DNA of 62,596 nt, counting the filler, from an uncultured bacterium (GTDB taxonomy: Bacteria; Latescibacterota; UBA2968): NCBI GenBank assembly GCA_964471275.1. It is 4 parts of 4 records of this genome, joined end to end, with 100 filler letters (N's around TTAATTAATTAA, not from the genome) between each part and the next. Parts side by side here need not be neighbours in the genome. Positions count along the whole stretch, not along the records: positions 31,779 to 47,171 come from CAYYGZ010000105.1; positions 47,272 to 62,596 come from CAYYGZ010000106.1; 2 more parts are not named here. The stretch is one strand, 5' to 3'. Position 1 is the stretch's first letter. Each line of letters opens with the position of its first letter. This document shows, piece by piece, positions 45,848 to 56,227 of the stretch. Made by a program: the position numbers and the translations under genes. The notes under the pieces are model-generated. The model searched no databases, was not told where the DNA came from, and saw only the letters and a list, made by a program, of their open reading frames with translations.

Positions 45848-46219
45848 TTGTGCCTTTGGTCTTGCGGCTGTGCTGGCTCAAAGGGATATTGTGACCCAGA
45901 CTTGAGGAGAATCAATGTGGAAGAGCTAGAGAGTTCCGATCCGACTGATGCGTTGAAGCTTATCCGACTGCACCCAGAGCCACTTCGGGCTTTCAGACGG
46001 GTGGAGCTCGCGCCTAAGCGGGTGACAGTGTTCGACATCAACGGGAACTCCCTGGCTGTAGATGGCGTGGGCTGGGAGACGGTCGGCATCGGGCGTCTGC
46101 TCAGCGGCCTGGGAGCATCCTTTGATCCCGGAACCCTGAACGATCCGCCGATTTCGGGTGACCGGAAGGAATACGTGATCGTCAAAGCCGACCCCTGGGG
46201 ACAAGATCGCGCGATATGA
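45848..46219 (+). CDS. Hypothetical protein (start uncertain)
   Basis: ORF ends 4 nt before the next gene on the same strand; no family recognised. Confidence 0.4.
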   Translation: MCLWSCGCAGSKGYCDPDLRRINVEELESSDPTDALKLIRLHPEPLRAFRRVELAPKRVTVFDINGNSLAVDGVGWETVGIGRLLSGLGASFDPGTLNDPPISGDRKEYVIVKADPWGQDRAI

Positions 46220-46223
46220 GGAG

Positions 46224-47009
46224 ATGACAATGCGCTTGATGACTTGCAACATACGGACTTCCACCGCGGACGACGGTGACGATCATTGGGAACGTCGCAA
46301 AGCCTTCTGTGTCTCGGTCATTCTGGATCGCGAACCGGACGTGTTTGGTCTGCAGGAGGCACACGAGGACCAGATTCTCTATATGAAAGCCGCAATGCCC
46401 GGATACGATTCATATGGTCTGCCAGACGAGCCGGGCGGTCGGAACGCGGTGAACACGATTTTCTACCGACAAGATCGCTTCGAGGCGATCACGTGCGGGG
46501 GCTACTGGCTGTCGGCGACGCCGCACGTGGCCGGCTCCTCTTCCTGGGACAGTCGCTGTGTTAGACTCGCAAACTGGGTGCGCCTGAGGAACAGCACGTC
46601 GGGCGAGGCGTTTCGGTTTGTGAACACACACCTGGATCACGTGAGTCAGCCTGCCGTTGAAGGCCAGGCGCGATTGATCAACGAAGATGCGGCGGTCTAC
46701 GCTCCCGATTACCCGCAGTTCCTGACGGGTGACATGAACGCCAACGTCGATCACCCTGGGATTCAGGCGTTCCTCGAGGCCGGTTGGACGGACACGTATG
46801 AGGCGGTCCACGAGGAGCTCGACCCTTGCGACACGTTTCACCGTTTTGCGGGAGAGCAGTTCGACGGGAAGAGCGGTAAGATCGACTGGATCTTCTGTCG
46901 CGGCCCCGTGGATATCAAGGGTGTGGAGATCGTAAGAGACTCAGAGGACGGACGGTTCCCGAGCGACCACTACTTCATTCTCGCGGATTGCGAGGTTGCG
47001 GGTTGTTGA
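46224..47009 (+). CDS. Endonuclease/exonuclease/phosphatase family protein
   Basis: MTCNIR, PDVFGLQE, NTHLDH, GDMN, IDWIF, PSDH. Confidence 0.93.
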   Translation: MTMRLMTCNIRTSTADDGDDHWERRKAFCVSVILDREPDVFGLQEAHEDQILYMKAAMPGYDSYGLPDEPGGRNAVNTIFYRQDRFEAITCGGYWLSATPHVAGSSSWDSRCVRLANWVRLRNSTSGEAFRFVNTHLDHVSQPAVEGQARLINEDAAVYAPDYPQFLTGDMNANVDHPGIQAFLEAGWTDTYEAVHEELDPCDTFHRFAGEQFDGKSGKIDWIFCRGPVDIKGVEIVRDSEDGRFPSDHYFILADCEVAGC

Positions 47010-47171
47010 TGCGTGATGAGGTGCCCGGTATCAGACGACGCCTTGGTGCCCTGCTGATCGACTTCATTATGCTCGAGCTGGCGATGTGGCCGCTGGGGCT
47101 GGCAATCCGTGAATTGACGCCCTCTGCGGCCGCGCTCAGGCTGCTGCAGTTCGTGATCGCCGTGGTTTATT
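47009..47171 (+). CDS. RDD-family membrane protein (3'-partial)
   Basis: TGATG coupling; GIRRRLGALLIDF. Confidence 0.7.
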
Positions 47172-47271
47172 NNNNNNNNNNNNNNNNNNNNNNNNNNNNN
47201 NNNNNNNNNNNNNNNTTAATTAATTAANNNNNNNNNNNNNNNNNNNNNNNNNNNNNNNNNNNNNNNNNNNN
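47172..47271. other. Artificial contig linker
   Basis: N-run, TTAATTAATTAA, N-run. Confidence 0.99.
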
Positions 47272-49338
47272 CTCTGGCTCAAGCGTCGTGAACGAGCCGA
47301 TCGGGCTTAGTCCGATGTTGCCAAACAGATCACGTGACCAGGACTGGTAGAAGTAGGTCGTCTCGGGGGCTAGATCCGACAGTTGCACCTCGTGATGCAG
47401 AAGCAGGAAGACATTGTCCCCTGCCGTCCCGAGATCAGTTGAATCCGAAAGATCGACCCGCAGACCGACCCGGACGACGGATGTTGCTGTCTCGTCCGTG
47501 TCCCAAACGACCATCGCACTTGTCGGTGTAACACTCGTATCTCTTGGACCCGACACGAATGCAGGCGGTGTCACGTCCGGTCCCGTAGTGAACCAGCGGA
47601 TCTCACCTTCTGCGCGTGCGCCGGACGCATCGATGGTCACGATCTGCCAGAAGTATGTCGTGCTCGCCCCGAGTGTGGCTGCCTCATACTCGGCAACTGC
47701 AAGGTCTGAGGCTGCCGGCTGAAGTCCATCCAGGGCCGTCCCGATACGGACTTCGTAGGTCACGGCGTCGCCTTCCGGATCCCCGCCTGCCCACCTGAGC
47801 CGAACGGGCCGATCCTCGTCAACACTGTTGTTAGCAGGCGTGCTGTAAACCGGTGTGTCAGGTGGATCGTTCGTCGGGTGCACATCCAGGATGACAACTG
47901 CTGAATCTGATGCGCCCCCTTCGTCTGTGACGATCGCCAGAAGATCGAAGACCCCGAAGCCGTTCACGGGTGGTGTCACCCGCGCTGTCTTGACCGTGTC
48001 GGCCTCCTCTACGACGATCGTAAACAGGCCGCTCGTGTCCAGGAACTGCCAGCTAAGGTTTTTAGAACCGGTCTCTCGATCGCTCGCCTGGACCGTGAGG
48101 TCGATCGCCAGCTCAATATCCTCATCGAAAGAAAGAACGCTGAATGGCCTGAGCATCGGAAGCTGGTTCCCTAGCGTGATTTCCGTCGAACCCGGAATCG
48201 TAAACAAGAAATTCTCAGGCGTCAGGAAATTCGAGTTCCGCTTCGGATCCTCCGTCAGGACCCGGATCACCGTTTCTGCGCGAATGTCTGCCAGTACCTC
48301 GAACACCAGGACAGTCAGGGTGTCGGAATGCCGTCTGTTCTGTAGGAAGAAGGTCGAAAAATGGGCCGACGCGTCTGCGGGTGTCGTTGCCTCGACCCTA
48401 TTGATCTGAAAATCGGTCCTCTCAGCAATCCCTTGCTTCAGGAATGGCCCTTCGTCACCGACCGGATCCAGCAGCGTGTTGTCGAACCCGATGAACGCTT
48501 CGACACCCCTGAGGGTATCTGCGTTGGGAACCAGAAAGAGCGCGATCCGAACCGAGTCGCCGGCCGCCGGCGACGCTGACCCCGAAGTCTGCAGAAGCGA
48601 GATCCGCGCAGTCGATGACTGGGTCGGTGTCTCAAGCCCGCCCAACCCCACGAAGCTGAGGCTACCGTCAGGGCTGTTACTCAGAATTGTCATCGTGTCC
48701 GACACGGCGGCAGCCGTCGTTGGTGTATACGTTACGATCACAGACTGTGTGTCGTCAGGGGCCAGGACAAAGGAACTCGCACCCACCGAAAAATCCGCTT
48801 CCGTCGTCAGGAATGATAGAACTCTCAGTTCCGCGTTACCTGCGTTCCCCACAATCAGCGTATCCGCAACAGCAGAGCCGATGTTCAGACTCCCGAAGGA
48901 GAGCCGGTCGTGAGACAACGTGATTCGCGGTCCTGTTGCGATTCCCCGAACTGGAATGCTGAGTGACGGCGCTGTCGACCCGAACACCAGGGCATCCGAC
49001 TCGATCCTGAAGGCGTCCGACAGATCCCCTGCGGAAGCCGGCGCGTAACTGAAAGTCACAACCTGGCTCTGACCAACGGGCAGGGAGAACGATGTTGGTG
49101 AAGCCGTCAGTTCCGCGTTACCTGAGATCGGAAACACATTCGTGATCGTCGCCGTATTCGTGCCTGAGTTGTTCACTAGCATTGAACCAGTGACGATACC
49201 CCCCGCCGCAACTGAATCGAAGACAATCGCGGAGGGTGCGACATTCAGGATGGGATCCACCTCAGCCTTCACGTGCAGGGAGACCAACAGCAGAGCTGCG
49301 GTCAGACCTCCCACGATCGTCCGAGGAACCCGTCCCAT
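47272..49338 (-). CDS. Large secreted Ig-rich protein (3'-partial): two choice-of-anchor-D-like, cohesin-like, cadherin-like and FN3 domains
   Basis: Signal peptide VKA-EV; N.G...L/A.I repeats; F.ED...DL...D.E; V.D.GG; L.W..GDPEGD.VTY; L...TTYF(W/Y). Confidence 0.78.
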
Positions 49339-49349
49339 GGTCAAGCAAC

Positions 49350-51149
49350 CTACTCCCACTCCACCGTGGCAGGTGGTTTGTGTGTAACGTCAAAGCAAAC
49401 AGCATCGACGCCATCTAGGGCAGCAATCCTATCGGCCACCGAGCGGACGAACTCCATCGGCAGTTCACAGAACCGCGCCGACATGAAATCGGGTGTCACG
49501 ATCGGTCTCAACACGATTGTCTCCCCGGCTCCGTCGGAGGTAAGCGGAAGAAGCACGGTTGGCATCTGAGCGATCTCCTGCTCGAACCCGCCTTCCACGA
49601 TGGATGCCATCGCGATTGCATCCGCATCTCTTAAAAGGTCGAGTCGCCTCCGATCCAGAAAACCCCGCTTCAATCTTAAGTCCGGAGGGAGGTCCGGGGA
49701 GATGAGGTAGATCACACGATTGACTTCCTTGATACTGTTCGTGATCCGGGTCGACACGTCCTCGAGCTGCGACCAGTTCGCTTTGCCCCAGACCAGCCCA
49801 GGATGTGCGTAGGTTCGGAAATCTCCCTGCACTCCCACGCTTCGGATTGGGAGAACTCGAAAACCGAGTCCAGCAGAGAAGGCGATCTCCGTGGCCGCTG
49901 ACGCACTCGCTTCTGTGACGGGAGGTTCAGGATCCCCGGTCGAACACAGACACCGAACGCCGAGGCCCGGTCCCGGGAACGGATGTCGCCAGACGAGTGC
50001 GTGTGGGATCCCAAGCGTCTCGCCCAGGTCCCTAACTTCGTCCTTGTAGAGCTGTGCGAGCGGCTCGACGACCTTCCCTTCTGCGATCATCTCCTCGATC
50101 ACGTCGATTCTGTTGTGGTGTGTCTTAATCAACGCTGCATGCTCCGTACCACCGGACTCGATCGTGTCCGGATAGAGCGTTCCCTGCCCCAGAAGCCACG
50201 CATCGGGGTCCAGCTCAAGCTGTTCGAGGACGCGATCCTTCACATCCAGGAATGTCTTTCCGATCGCGTGGCGCTTTGCTTCCGGTTCCACCAGCCCTTC
50301 TGTTGCCAGGAGAAACTCATCACTGGCGTCTTCGATGATCAGGTTGTCGAACCCGTGTTCCTTCATATACCGCGCCACGGCATCGGTCTCCTGCTTCCGC
50401 ATAAATCCGTTGTCGATATGCAGTCCCTGAACGCGATCCGCTCCGAGCGCCTCGTTGATCAGCATGAAGGCAACTGTCGAATCGACTCCTCCCGATACCA
50501 GCAGGAACACGTTCCGATCACCCGTCTGTACTCGGATGGCCTCCATCACCTCTTCGGCGTATGAACTCATGGTCCACTCGCGTGGCACGTCGCATAGGGT
50601 CAGGAAGTTGTCGAGCATCTGATTCCCGTTCGGCGTATGCGCGACCTCCGGATGGAACTGGAACCCATATATCCGTCGTCCCGGGTTGCCGACGGCCGCT
50701 TCGGGGCAATCGGGCGTCTCACCGATCCGCTCGAACCCATCGGGCAGCCGCGAGACCCGATCACCGTGACTCATCCAGACCGTCTCCTGCGCCGACAACC
50801 CTGTGAAGGGCCCATCGTTCGACAGAATGTTCAGTTCAGCTGACCCGTACTCGCGTATTTCACCGGGCACGACTTCCCCGCCCAACCGCTGGCAGATCAG
50901 CTGATGTCCATAGCACAGACCCAGAATCGGCAGGTCCAGATCGAGCAACGCATCGTTAAACGTCGGCTGATCCGGGTCGTAGACACTGCCAGGACCACCG
51001 GAGTACACGATTCCGGCTGCCCCCTCTATTTCAGATGGATCGGCTGTTGGCGCGAAAATTTCAGAATAAACTTGCAGCCTGCGGATCCGATTCGCGATTA
51101 AATGTGCGTATTGCCCACCAAAATCGAGAACGGCCACCCCTGGTCGCAT
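49350..51149 (-). CDS. guaA: GMP synthase (glutamine-hydrolysing)
   Basis: LDFGGQY, GLCYG.Q, QFHPEV, SGGVDS, QGTLYPD.IES, HPFPGPGL, KPPATVEWE. Confidence 0.97.
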   Translation of the reverse strand: MRPGVAVLDFGGQYAHLIANRIRRLQVYSEIFAPTADPSEIEGAAGIVYSGGPGSVYDPDQPTFNDALLDLDLPILGLCYGHQLICQRLGGEVVPGEIREYGSAELNILSNDGPFTGLSAQETVWMSHGDRVSRLPDGFERIGETPDCPEAAVGNPGRRIYGFQFHPEVAHTPNGNQMLDNFLTLCDVPREWTMSSYAEEVMEAIRVQTGDRNVFLLVSGGVDSTVAFMLINEALGADRVQGLHIDNGFMRKQETDAVARYMKEHGFDNLIIEDASDEFLLATEGLVEPEAKRHAIGKTFLDVKDRVLEQLELDPDAWLLGQGTLYPDTIESGGTEHAALIKTHHNRIDVIEEMIAEGKVVEPLAQLYKDEVRDLGETLGIPHALVWRHPFPGPGLGVRCLCSTGDPEPPVTEASASAATEIAFSAGLGFRVLPIRSVGVQGDFRTYAHPGLVWGKANWSQLEDVSTRITNSIKEVNRVIYLISPDLPPDLRLKRGFLDRRRLDLLRDADAIAMASIVEGGFEQEIAQMPTVLLPLTSDGAGETIVLRPIVTPDFMSARFCELPMEFVRSVADRIAALDGVDAVCFDVTHKPPATVEWE

Positions 51150-51170
51150 CTTGTCCCACCCCCAAAAGCT

Positions 51171-51219
51171 AAAACGCGGGACTCACGACCGCGGCACCAC
51201 GCCAGGGTCGGAATCCCGC
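51171..51219 (-). terminator. Hairpin/terminator between the barrel gene and guaA
   Basis: Minus strand GCGGGATTCCGACC...GGTCGTGAGTCCCGC followed by GTTTT. Confidence 0.5.
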
Positions 51220-51243
51220 ATTAAATCTGCGATACGGTGTCGA

Positions 51244-52626
51244 CTATTTCTGACGGCTAATATAACCTTTGACGGCCAGGCCAAACTGACTGAATCCACC
51301 AAAATCAGAGACAAATCCGGCTGAAATCGTGTATTGGCTCGTAACCGGGTAAGTCAAGCCGAGGTCGAAATAGGTCTTGTCCGCATGTGTGTCCAGGATC
51401 ACTTGCGCCTGCCCGATCAGCGATCTCAGGACACCGTCAGGGTTTGAGTCTCCGGTCGCCATCCGCTTCTGATGCCAGGTGACCCCGAACGAAAGCTCCT
51501 CGATGCTGCCAAATCGGTCAAGATTGGCGTCGACCTTGATCTGTTCGGTGATCGGAAGATCGATACCGATACCGAATCCAATGCTCTTGCTGGCCAGCGC
51601 TGCGAGCGAACCCGTCGCCGATGCTCGGAGACTATCCGTCCTTACAGCTCGGTAGACAGAGTCGGCCTCTGCCTGTCTAGCACCCAGCTGACTGCCGTCG
51701 TAGGTGAAGGATGTGTCTGCGAGCGTCGCCACAAATCCCGTCTGAATCTCCAGGGCCGGGTCCACGGTCAACTGTTGCAGGACCGATGCGGGAAGGGCAG
51801 ACGAACCTCGTCCGCCGTAGCCAATCGTCACCGTAAATGCAGGCTCACCAACGTAACCGGCCGGTGTCGGGATACCGGATCCAAAGATCGACCCGGGATA
51901 AAACCTCCCGCCAAGGGCCAGTTTTGTCGCTGTGCCCAACCCAAGTTCCCCAACAAACGAGGCCTTGTCACTCAAAGGCATGCTGATATCAATCTTGGCC
52001 AGTATCGAGCTATTAAAATTCTCCAGTTTCTGGTCGACTGTGTTTGTGTCAGCATCCGCCAGGAGGAGCGAGTCTGACACGAGCTTCCAGGCCCGATCAG
52101 GAAGATTCGTATCCACAGCACTGCCGCCACCGATTCTGAATTCAGGAACGACGCTTCCCATCTCCCCGTCCGGATTTCCCGTAGACGGCGACATTACCAT
52201 CGGTGAAAGCACCATCGGCTTCCGCGTCACCTCATTCTGCACGTCCATCCGTTCGTTTGCCGTCAGCATCTTGATGCGGACAAGTCCCTGTTTTGAGTCC
52301 GCTTCCATCATCCGTATGTCGGCACCGGGTTCCATGTTCAGGATCTCGGCTGTCGAATACCGGGGGAAGATCTCAACAACTCGAATCAAGCCGAGCAGCA
52401 CTTCCCCACCAAGATTCTCTCCCGTAACGGGATGGATGATCGTCTCCTGCCGGATCACACGGAAAAGGTCGTCCGGGATCACCTCGTCCTGGGCACCGAG
52501 ATCGATGAAGACCAGGCGCCCTTCTACGCGCATCACGTAGCCTGTGCGTTCCTGGGCAATCGCCTCCGTAACGGCGAACCCAGCCAGCAGCACCAAAGCC
52601 ATAGCTGTTCTGTTCAGTGTCTTCAT
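51244..52626 (-). CDS. Secreted unknown protein: FlgT-C-like domain plus predicted outer-membrane beta-barrel
   Basis: GGAG RBS; signal peptide AIA-QE; VFIDLG...IHPVTGENLG; three repeats of amphipathic strands. Confidence 0.75.
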   Translation of the reverse strand: MKTLNRTAMALVLLAGFAVTEAIAQERTGYVMRVEGRLVFIDLGAQDEVIPDDLFRVIRQETIIHPVTGENLGGEVLLGLIRVVEIFPRYSTAEILNMEPGADIRMMEADSKQGLVRIKMLTANERMDVQNEVTRKPMVLSPMVMSPSTGNPDGEMGSVVPEFRIGGGSAVDTNLPDRAWKLVSDSLLLADADTNTVDQKLENFNSSILAKIDISMPLSDKASFVGELGLGTATKLALGGRFYPGSIFGSGIPTPAGYVGEPAFTVTIGYGGRGSSALPASVLQQLTVDPALEIQTGFVATLADTSFTYDGSQLGARQAEADSVYRAVRTDSLRASATGSLAALASKSIGFGIGIDLPITEQIKVDANLDRFGSIEELSFGVTWHQKRMATGDSNPDGVLRSLIGQAQVILDTHADKTYFDLGLTYPVTSQYTISAGFVSDFGGFSQFGLAVKGYISRQK

Positions 52627-52648
52627 ATATCGCTCCAGCGGCAGTGAA

Positions 52649-53740
52649 TTATTCGGGCTTAACCGCTTCAACTTCCTCGGGTTCAGGGATCTCTTCAGGT
52701 TCGGGGAGCTCTTCCAACTCGTCATCATCATCGGCCGCGGGGAACCCGTTGCCATCGTCGTGGATGTCCTCCTCGCCTTCGTCTTCCTCTTCATCGACGC
52801 CGGAAGCGGACGATCCCTTCAGGAAACGCATCAGGACTACGACGATCGCGCCCAGAACACCGATCACCGGTGCGAACCACCAGTAGACCTCGTACCAGGG
52901 GGGCTCTTCCTCATCCTCAGGGTCGAGCAGATCGTCACCCATCTCGCCCTCTACCGTCTCATCGTCTCCGGCCAACATCGCTGGGTTCTCTTCGATCAGG
53001 GCGTTATCCTCGAATGACAGACGATACATCCGGTCACCGATCTGCAGGTATACGGCTTCCTCCTCGTCACGCCGCAGGACACGCAGCTCCGTCATATCGT
53101 CGGGCGTCAATGTCTTGACTTCAGCCGTGTCGGCTGTGATCGCGGCCTGCTGATAGTCTTCGAGCTCAACAATTCGGCTCTCGAACGTGACCATCCGCTC
53201 ACGCATGTTCCGAACATCGTTCGCGATGCTCTGCAACCGTCTCTCGGAACTACCGATTCGCCTGAGCGTCTCGCGCAGATCGGTGATCGACTTGTCGTTG
53301 TCCTTGATCTCAGCCGCCAGGCTTCGCGCAATCTCCTTCATCTCGTTCCGCGTCTGCACGACGGAAGCGCGAATCTGATCTTCGGCGGTCGGAGCGACCT
53401 CGATCGACTCGACGATATCCCCTGGCTGAACCGGCGCGTAGTGCTCGATGAATTTTGCCTCGGCCGTTACGGCGCCGACTTTGATCACCTCGACTCGGGC
53501 GATCTTGACTTTCGGATTCCCCAGATTTTCGCCCGTCACCGGGTGAATCAGTGGAGCCGACTGTCGGTAGATCTCGGCGAGCATACCGATACGCACGCCA
53601 CGATCCACACCGGCCGCGATCTTGACCATCCGATCATCGGACATCAGGACCTTCGCCTGTCCGGCCTGTGCCTGTTTCGGCATCAGCACCAGAACCGCGA
53701 GTAGCGCGGTCATCCACCTGATGAGCTTATGCGTGTTCAT
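52649..53740 (-). CDS. Unknown membrane-anchored protein: FlgT-C-like domain, coiled coil, TM helix, acidic tail
   Basis: Signal peptide AQA-GQ; G.DRGV..G...IHPVTGENLG; heptad region; WWFAPVIGVLGAIVVVLMRFLK; D/E-rich C-terminus. Confidence 0.78.
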   Translation of the reverse strand: MNTHKLIRWMTALLAVLVLMPKQAQAGQAKVLMSDDRMVKIAAGVDRGVRIGMLAEIYRQSAPLIHPVTGENLGNPKVKIARVEVIKVGAVTAEAKFIEHYAPVQPGDIVESIEVAPTAEDQIRASVVQTRNEMKEIARSLAAEIKDNDKSITDLRETLRRIGSSERRLQSIANDVRNMRERMVTFESRIVELEDYQQAAITADTAEVKTLTPDDMTELRVLRRDEEEAVYLQIGDRMYRLSFEDNALIEENPAMLAGDDETVEGEMGDDLLDPEDEEEPPWYEVYWWFAPVIGVLGAIVVVLMRFLKGSSASGVDEEEDEGEEDIHDDGNGFPAADDDDELEELPEPEEIPEPEEVEAVKPE

Positions 53741-53791
53741 GATTCTGTCCTTCGTCGGTGATGGGACATTCTGACCGCCTGGCCAGACACG

Positions 53792-55432
53792 TCACGGAGG
53801 AGGTATCACCCATGTTTCTCGTGCTGACAGGACCGTGTCGGCAGGTTCTTTACCATTGATATGATCCGGATAGTCCGCGTTGAAGTGCAGTCCGCGGCTC
53901 TCTCTTCTTCTGAGCGCGCACCGGACGGTCAGGGCCGCCACTGTTGTGACGTTCCTGAGTTCGACGAGCGCGTCGGTCACTTTTGTTCGCTTGTAGAATG
54001 CTTCCACTTCCTGTGCGATCACGCCGATCCGTCGAGCGGCCCTTTTCAACCGGAAATTTGTTCGCACGATTCCGACATAATCACACATCAAACTTCGAAT
54101 CTCTTCGCGATCGTGTTCGAGAAGCACCCACTCTTCGGTGTTGAACACGTCGTCGTCTTCCCAGTCCGGCACGTCGGGCAACCCACGACGTCGGTCCATC
54201 GCCTCTGTTGCTGCCCGCAAAGCACGATCCGACATAACCAGCGCGTCGAGAAGCGAATTACTCGCGAGCCTGTTGGCTCCGTGCAACCCCGTGCAGGCTA
54301 CCTCGCCCGAGGCGAGCAGCCCCCGGATGTCCGTCCTCCCCCACGTGTCGGTGAAGACACCGCCGCAAGCGTAGTGGGCGGCTGGCACAACCGGGATCAG
54401 ATCCTTCGTGATGTCGATTCCAAACGCCTGACAACGATCATAGATGTTCGGAAACCGCTCTTTCACCCCATCGGCCGGCTCGTGCGTGATATCCAGATAC
54501 ACACAGGGCTCGCCGCTTTTCTTCATTTCACTATCGATCGCTCGGGCAACGATGTCTCGTGGCGCGAGCGAAGCCAGCGGATGTGTCCCCTCCATAAAGG
54601 GATGCCCCGCCTTGTTGACCAGAACGCCACCGTGGCCTCGAACCGCCTCTGAAATCAGGAATGAGTTCGCGCCCGGTCGATACAGCGTCGTCGGGTGAAA
54701 CTGGACAAACTCGAGATTCCCGACCGAGGCTCCGGCCCGATAGGCCATCGCGATACCATCTCCTGTCGCGATCCTGGGGTTCGTCGTGTGCTCGTATATC
54801 TGACCGGCTCCGCCACTGCACATAATCGTTGCTCTTGCGACGAACCGGACAACCTCACCGGAATTCGCGTCGAGAGCGTAACAGCCATAACAGTGGATGA
54901 AGCCTTCCGAACCCGCGTCCGAACCGAAGAGATGATGCTCAGTAATCAGATCGATCGCTGCGTGATGCTCGAACTGCCGGATGCTCGGATGAGCCGTGGC
55001 TGCCTCCGTCAGTGCCCGTTCGATCTCGCGACCGGTGAGATCTGCAGAGAATGCGATACGGTTCTTCGAATGACCGCCTTCGCGCCCCAGTGCAAGTGGC
55101 GCTCCAACCTTCTCTTTCTCTCGCGTGAAACGTACACCCCAGTCCATCAACTCCTGAACCATCCGGGGCCCGGCCTCGACGACCAGTTCAACCACTTCTC
55201 GCTTGCAGAGGCCCGCCCCTGCTTCCAGCGTATCCTGTATGTGCAGATCGAAAGAATCGTTGGGCGAGAGGACGGATGCGATTCCTCCCTGGGCGTAGTT
55301 CGTGTTCGACTCCTGCGATTCCTTCTTTGTGATCACAGTCACCGAACCGACCTCCGCAGCCTTGAGAGCAAACGAAAGACCAGCTATTCCAGTCCCGATC
55401 ACGAGGAAGTCTGATTCGACAGTATGACCCAC
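53792..55432 (-). CDS. nadB: L-aspartate oxidase
   Basis: IGTGIAGL, YAQGGIA, REGGHS..RI, EFVQFHPT, LISEAVRG.G, LAPRDIVAR, HGANRLASNSL, ESRGLH. Confidence 0.96.
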   Translation of the reverse strand: MGHTVESDFLVIGTGIAGLSFALKAAEVGSVTVITKKESQESNTNYAQGGIASVLSPNDSFDLHIQDTLEAGAGLCKREVVELVVEAGPRMVQELMDWGVRFTREKEKVGAPLALGREGGHSKNRIAFSADLTGREIERALTEAATAHPSIRQFEHHAAIDLITEHHLFGSDAGSEGFIHCYGCYALDANSGEVVRFVARATIMCSGGAGQIYEHTTNPRIATGDGIAMAYRAGASVGNLEFVQFHPTTLYRPGANSFLISEAVRGHGGVLVNKAGHPFMEGTHPLASLAPRDIVARAIDSEMKKSGEPCVYLDITHEPADGVKERFPNIYDRCQAFGIDITKDLIPVVPAAHYACGGVFTDTWGRTDIRGLLASGEVACTGLHGANRLASNSLLDALVMSDRALRAATEAMDRRRGLPDVPDWEDDDVFNTEEWVLLEHDREEIRSLMCDYVGIVRTNFRLKRAARRIGVIAQEVEAFYKRTKVTDALVELRNVTTVAALTVRCALRRRESRGLHFNADYPDHINGKEPADTVLSARETWVIPPP

Positions 55433-55610
55433 GGGCTACCCGCTCAAATCCGGTGTCGACCCCAACAGGTTGGGATTCGTTTCCTCCATCAGACGATATC
55501 TGGTGGAGGGTGCCTAAATATTAAAAAATTAGGATGTTAAAACGAAAGTGGGCCCAGAGCACCCGTAATAGCGTGCACTCAGGCCCTCAATCTGGAACAT
55601 TTTTCCCCGA

Positions 55611-55796
55611 CTATGAACTCGATACCTGCGCTTCGGCCTCAGAGAGCGTTGGCGAGTCGACCATAAAGTCGAAACTCGCGACCTCGTCGCCGACAGGCCA
55701 TCGCTGGCAGCTAGACAGGAGTCTTCTAACCACCCAGAACCCGACCCACCCACCCAGCATGACCGAAAACACGATTAAAACAATGTTTTTACTCAA
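55611..55796 (-). CDS. Small hypothetical membrane protein
   Basis: N-terminal hydrophobic helix; follows the next small gene. Confidence 0.3.
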   Translation of the reverse strand: MSKNIVLIVFSVMLGGWVGFWVVRRLLSSCQRWPVGDEVASFDFMVDSPTLSEAEAQVSSS

Positions 55797-55808
55797 TTTG
55801 ATAACGCA

Positions 55809-56012
55809 TCACTCCTGGGGTTTCACAATCTCACGGAGGTAGTCTTCAGCTGAATACTCGTTGCATCCCGCGGTCTCAATCACAGAATCCAGAATCTCTC
55901 GCCGGGACTTGCGGTTGTAGATCAGGTCTTCAAACACTTCCTTGCCGCGTCGAATCCCCAGCACCCCCCCGATCTCCTTTGGCGTCATCCATGCGTTGCC
56001 CTCCTCCGCCAT
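55809..56012 (-). CDS. Small hypothetical protein (67 aa)
   Basis: GAGGAGG RBS 6 nt before ATG; protein-like composition. Confidence 0.7.
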   Translation of the reverse strand: MAEEGNAWMTPKEIGGVLGIRRGKEVFEDLIYNRKSRREILDSVIETAGCNEYSAEDYLREIVKPQE

Positions 56013-56227
56013 CTCCATCCTCCTCAAAAACCGTAAGTCATTCCACCCTGACTGGTCAACTCGATTACCGACTGAACGTGTTCAAATATAGGAGGTTACG
56101 TCACGTGGGACAAGATGGGGGCCTTGCTTAGATTGCCAAAGAACCGACTGTTGTGTAAACTGTGTTCTCGTGCTGTAAGACGGATGCCTCGCCCCCATAG
56201 ATTCACATCTTTCATAGATAATCCACC

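Noticed and set aside
51150..51243. Purine riboswitch upstream of guaA
   Set aside because: Only one hairpin with a T-tail is present, and I see no purine aptamer consensus.
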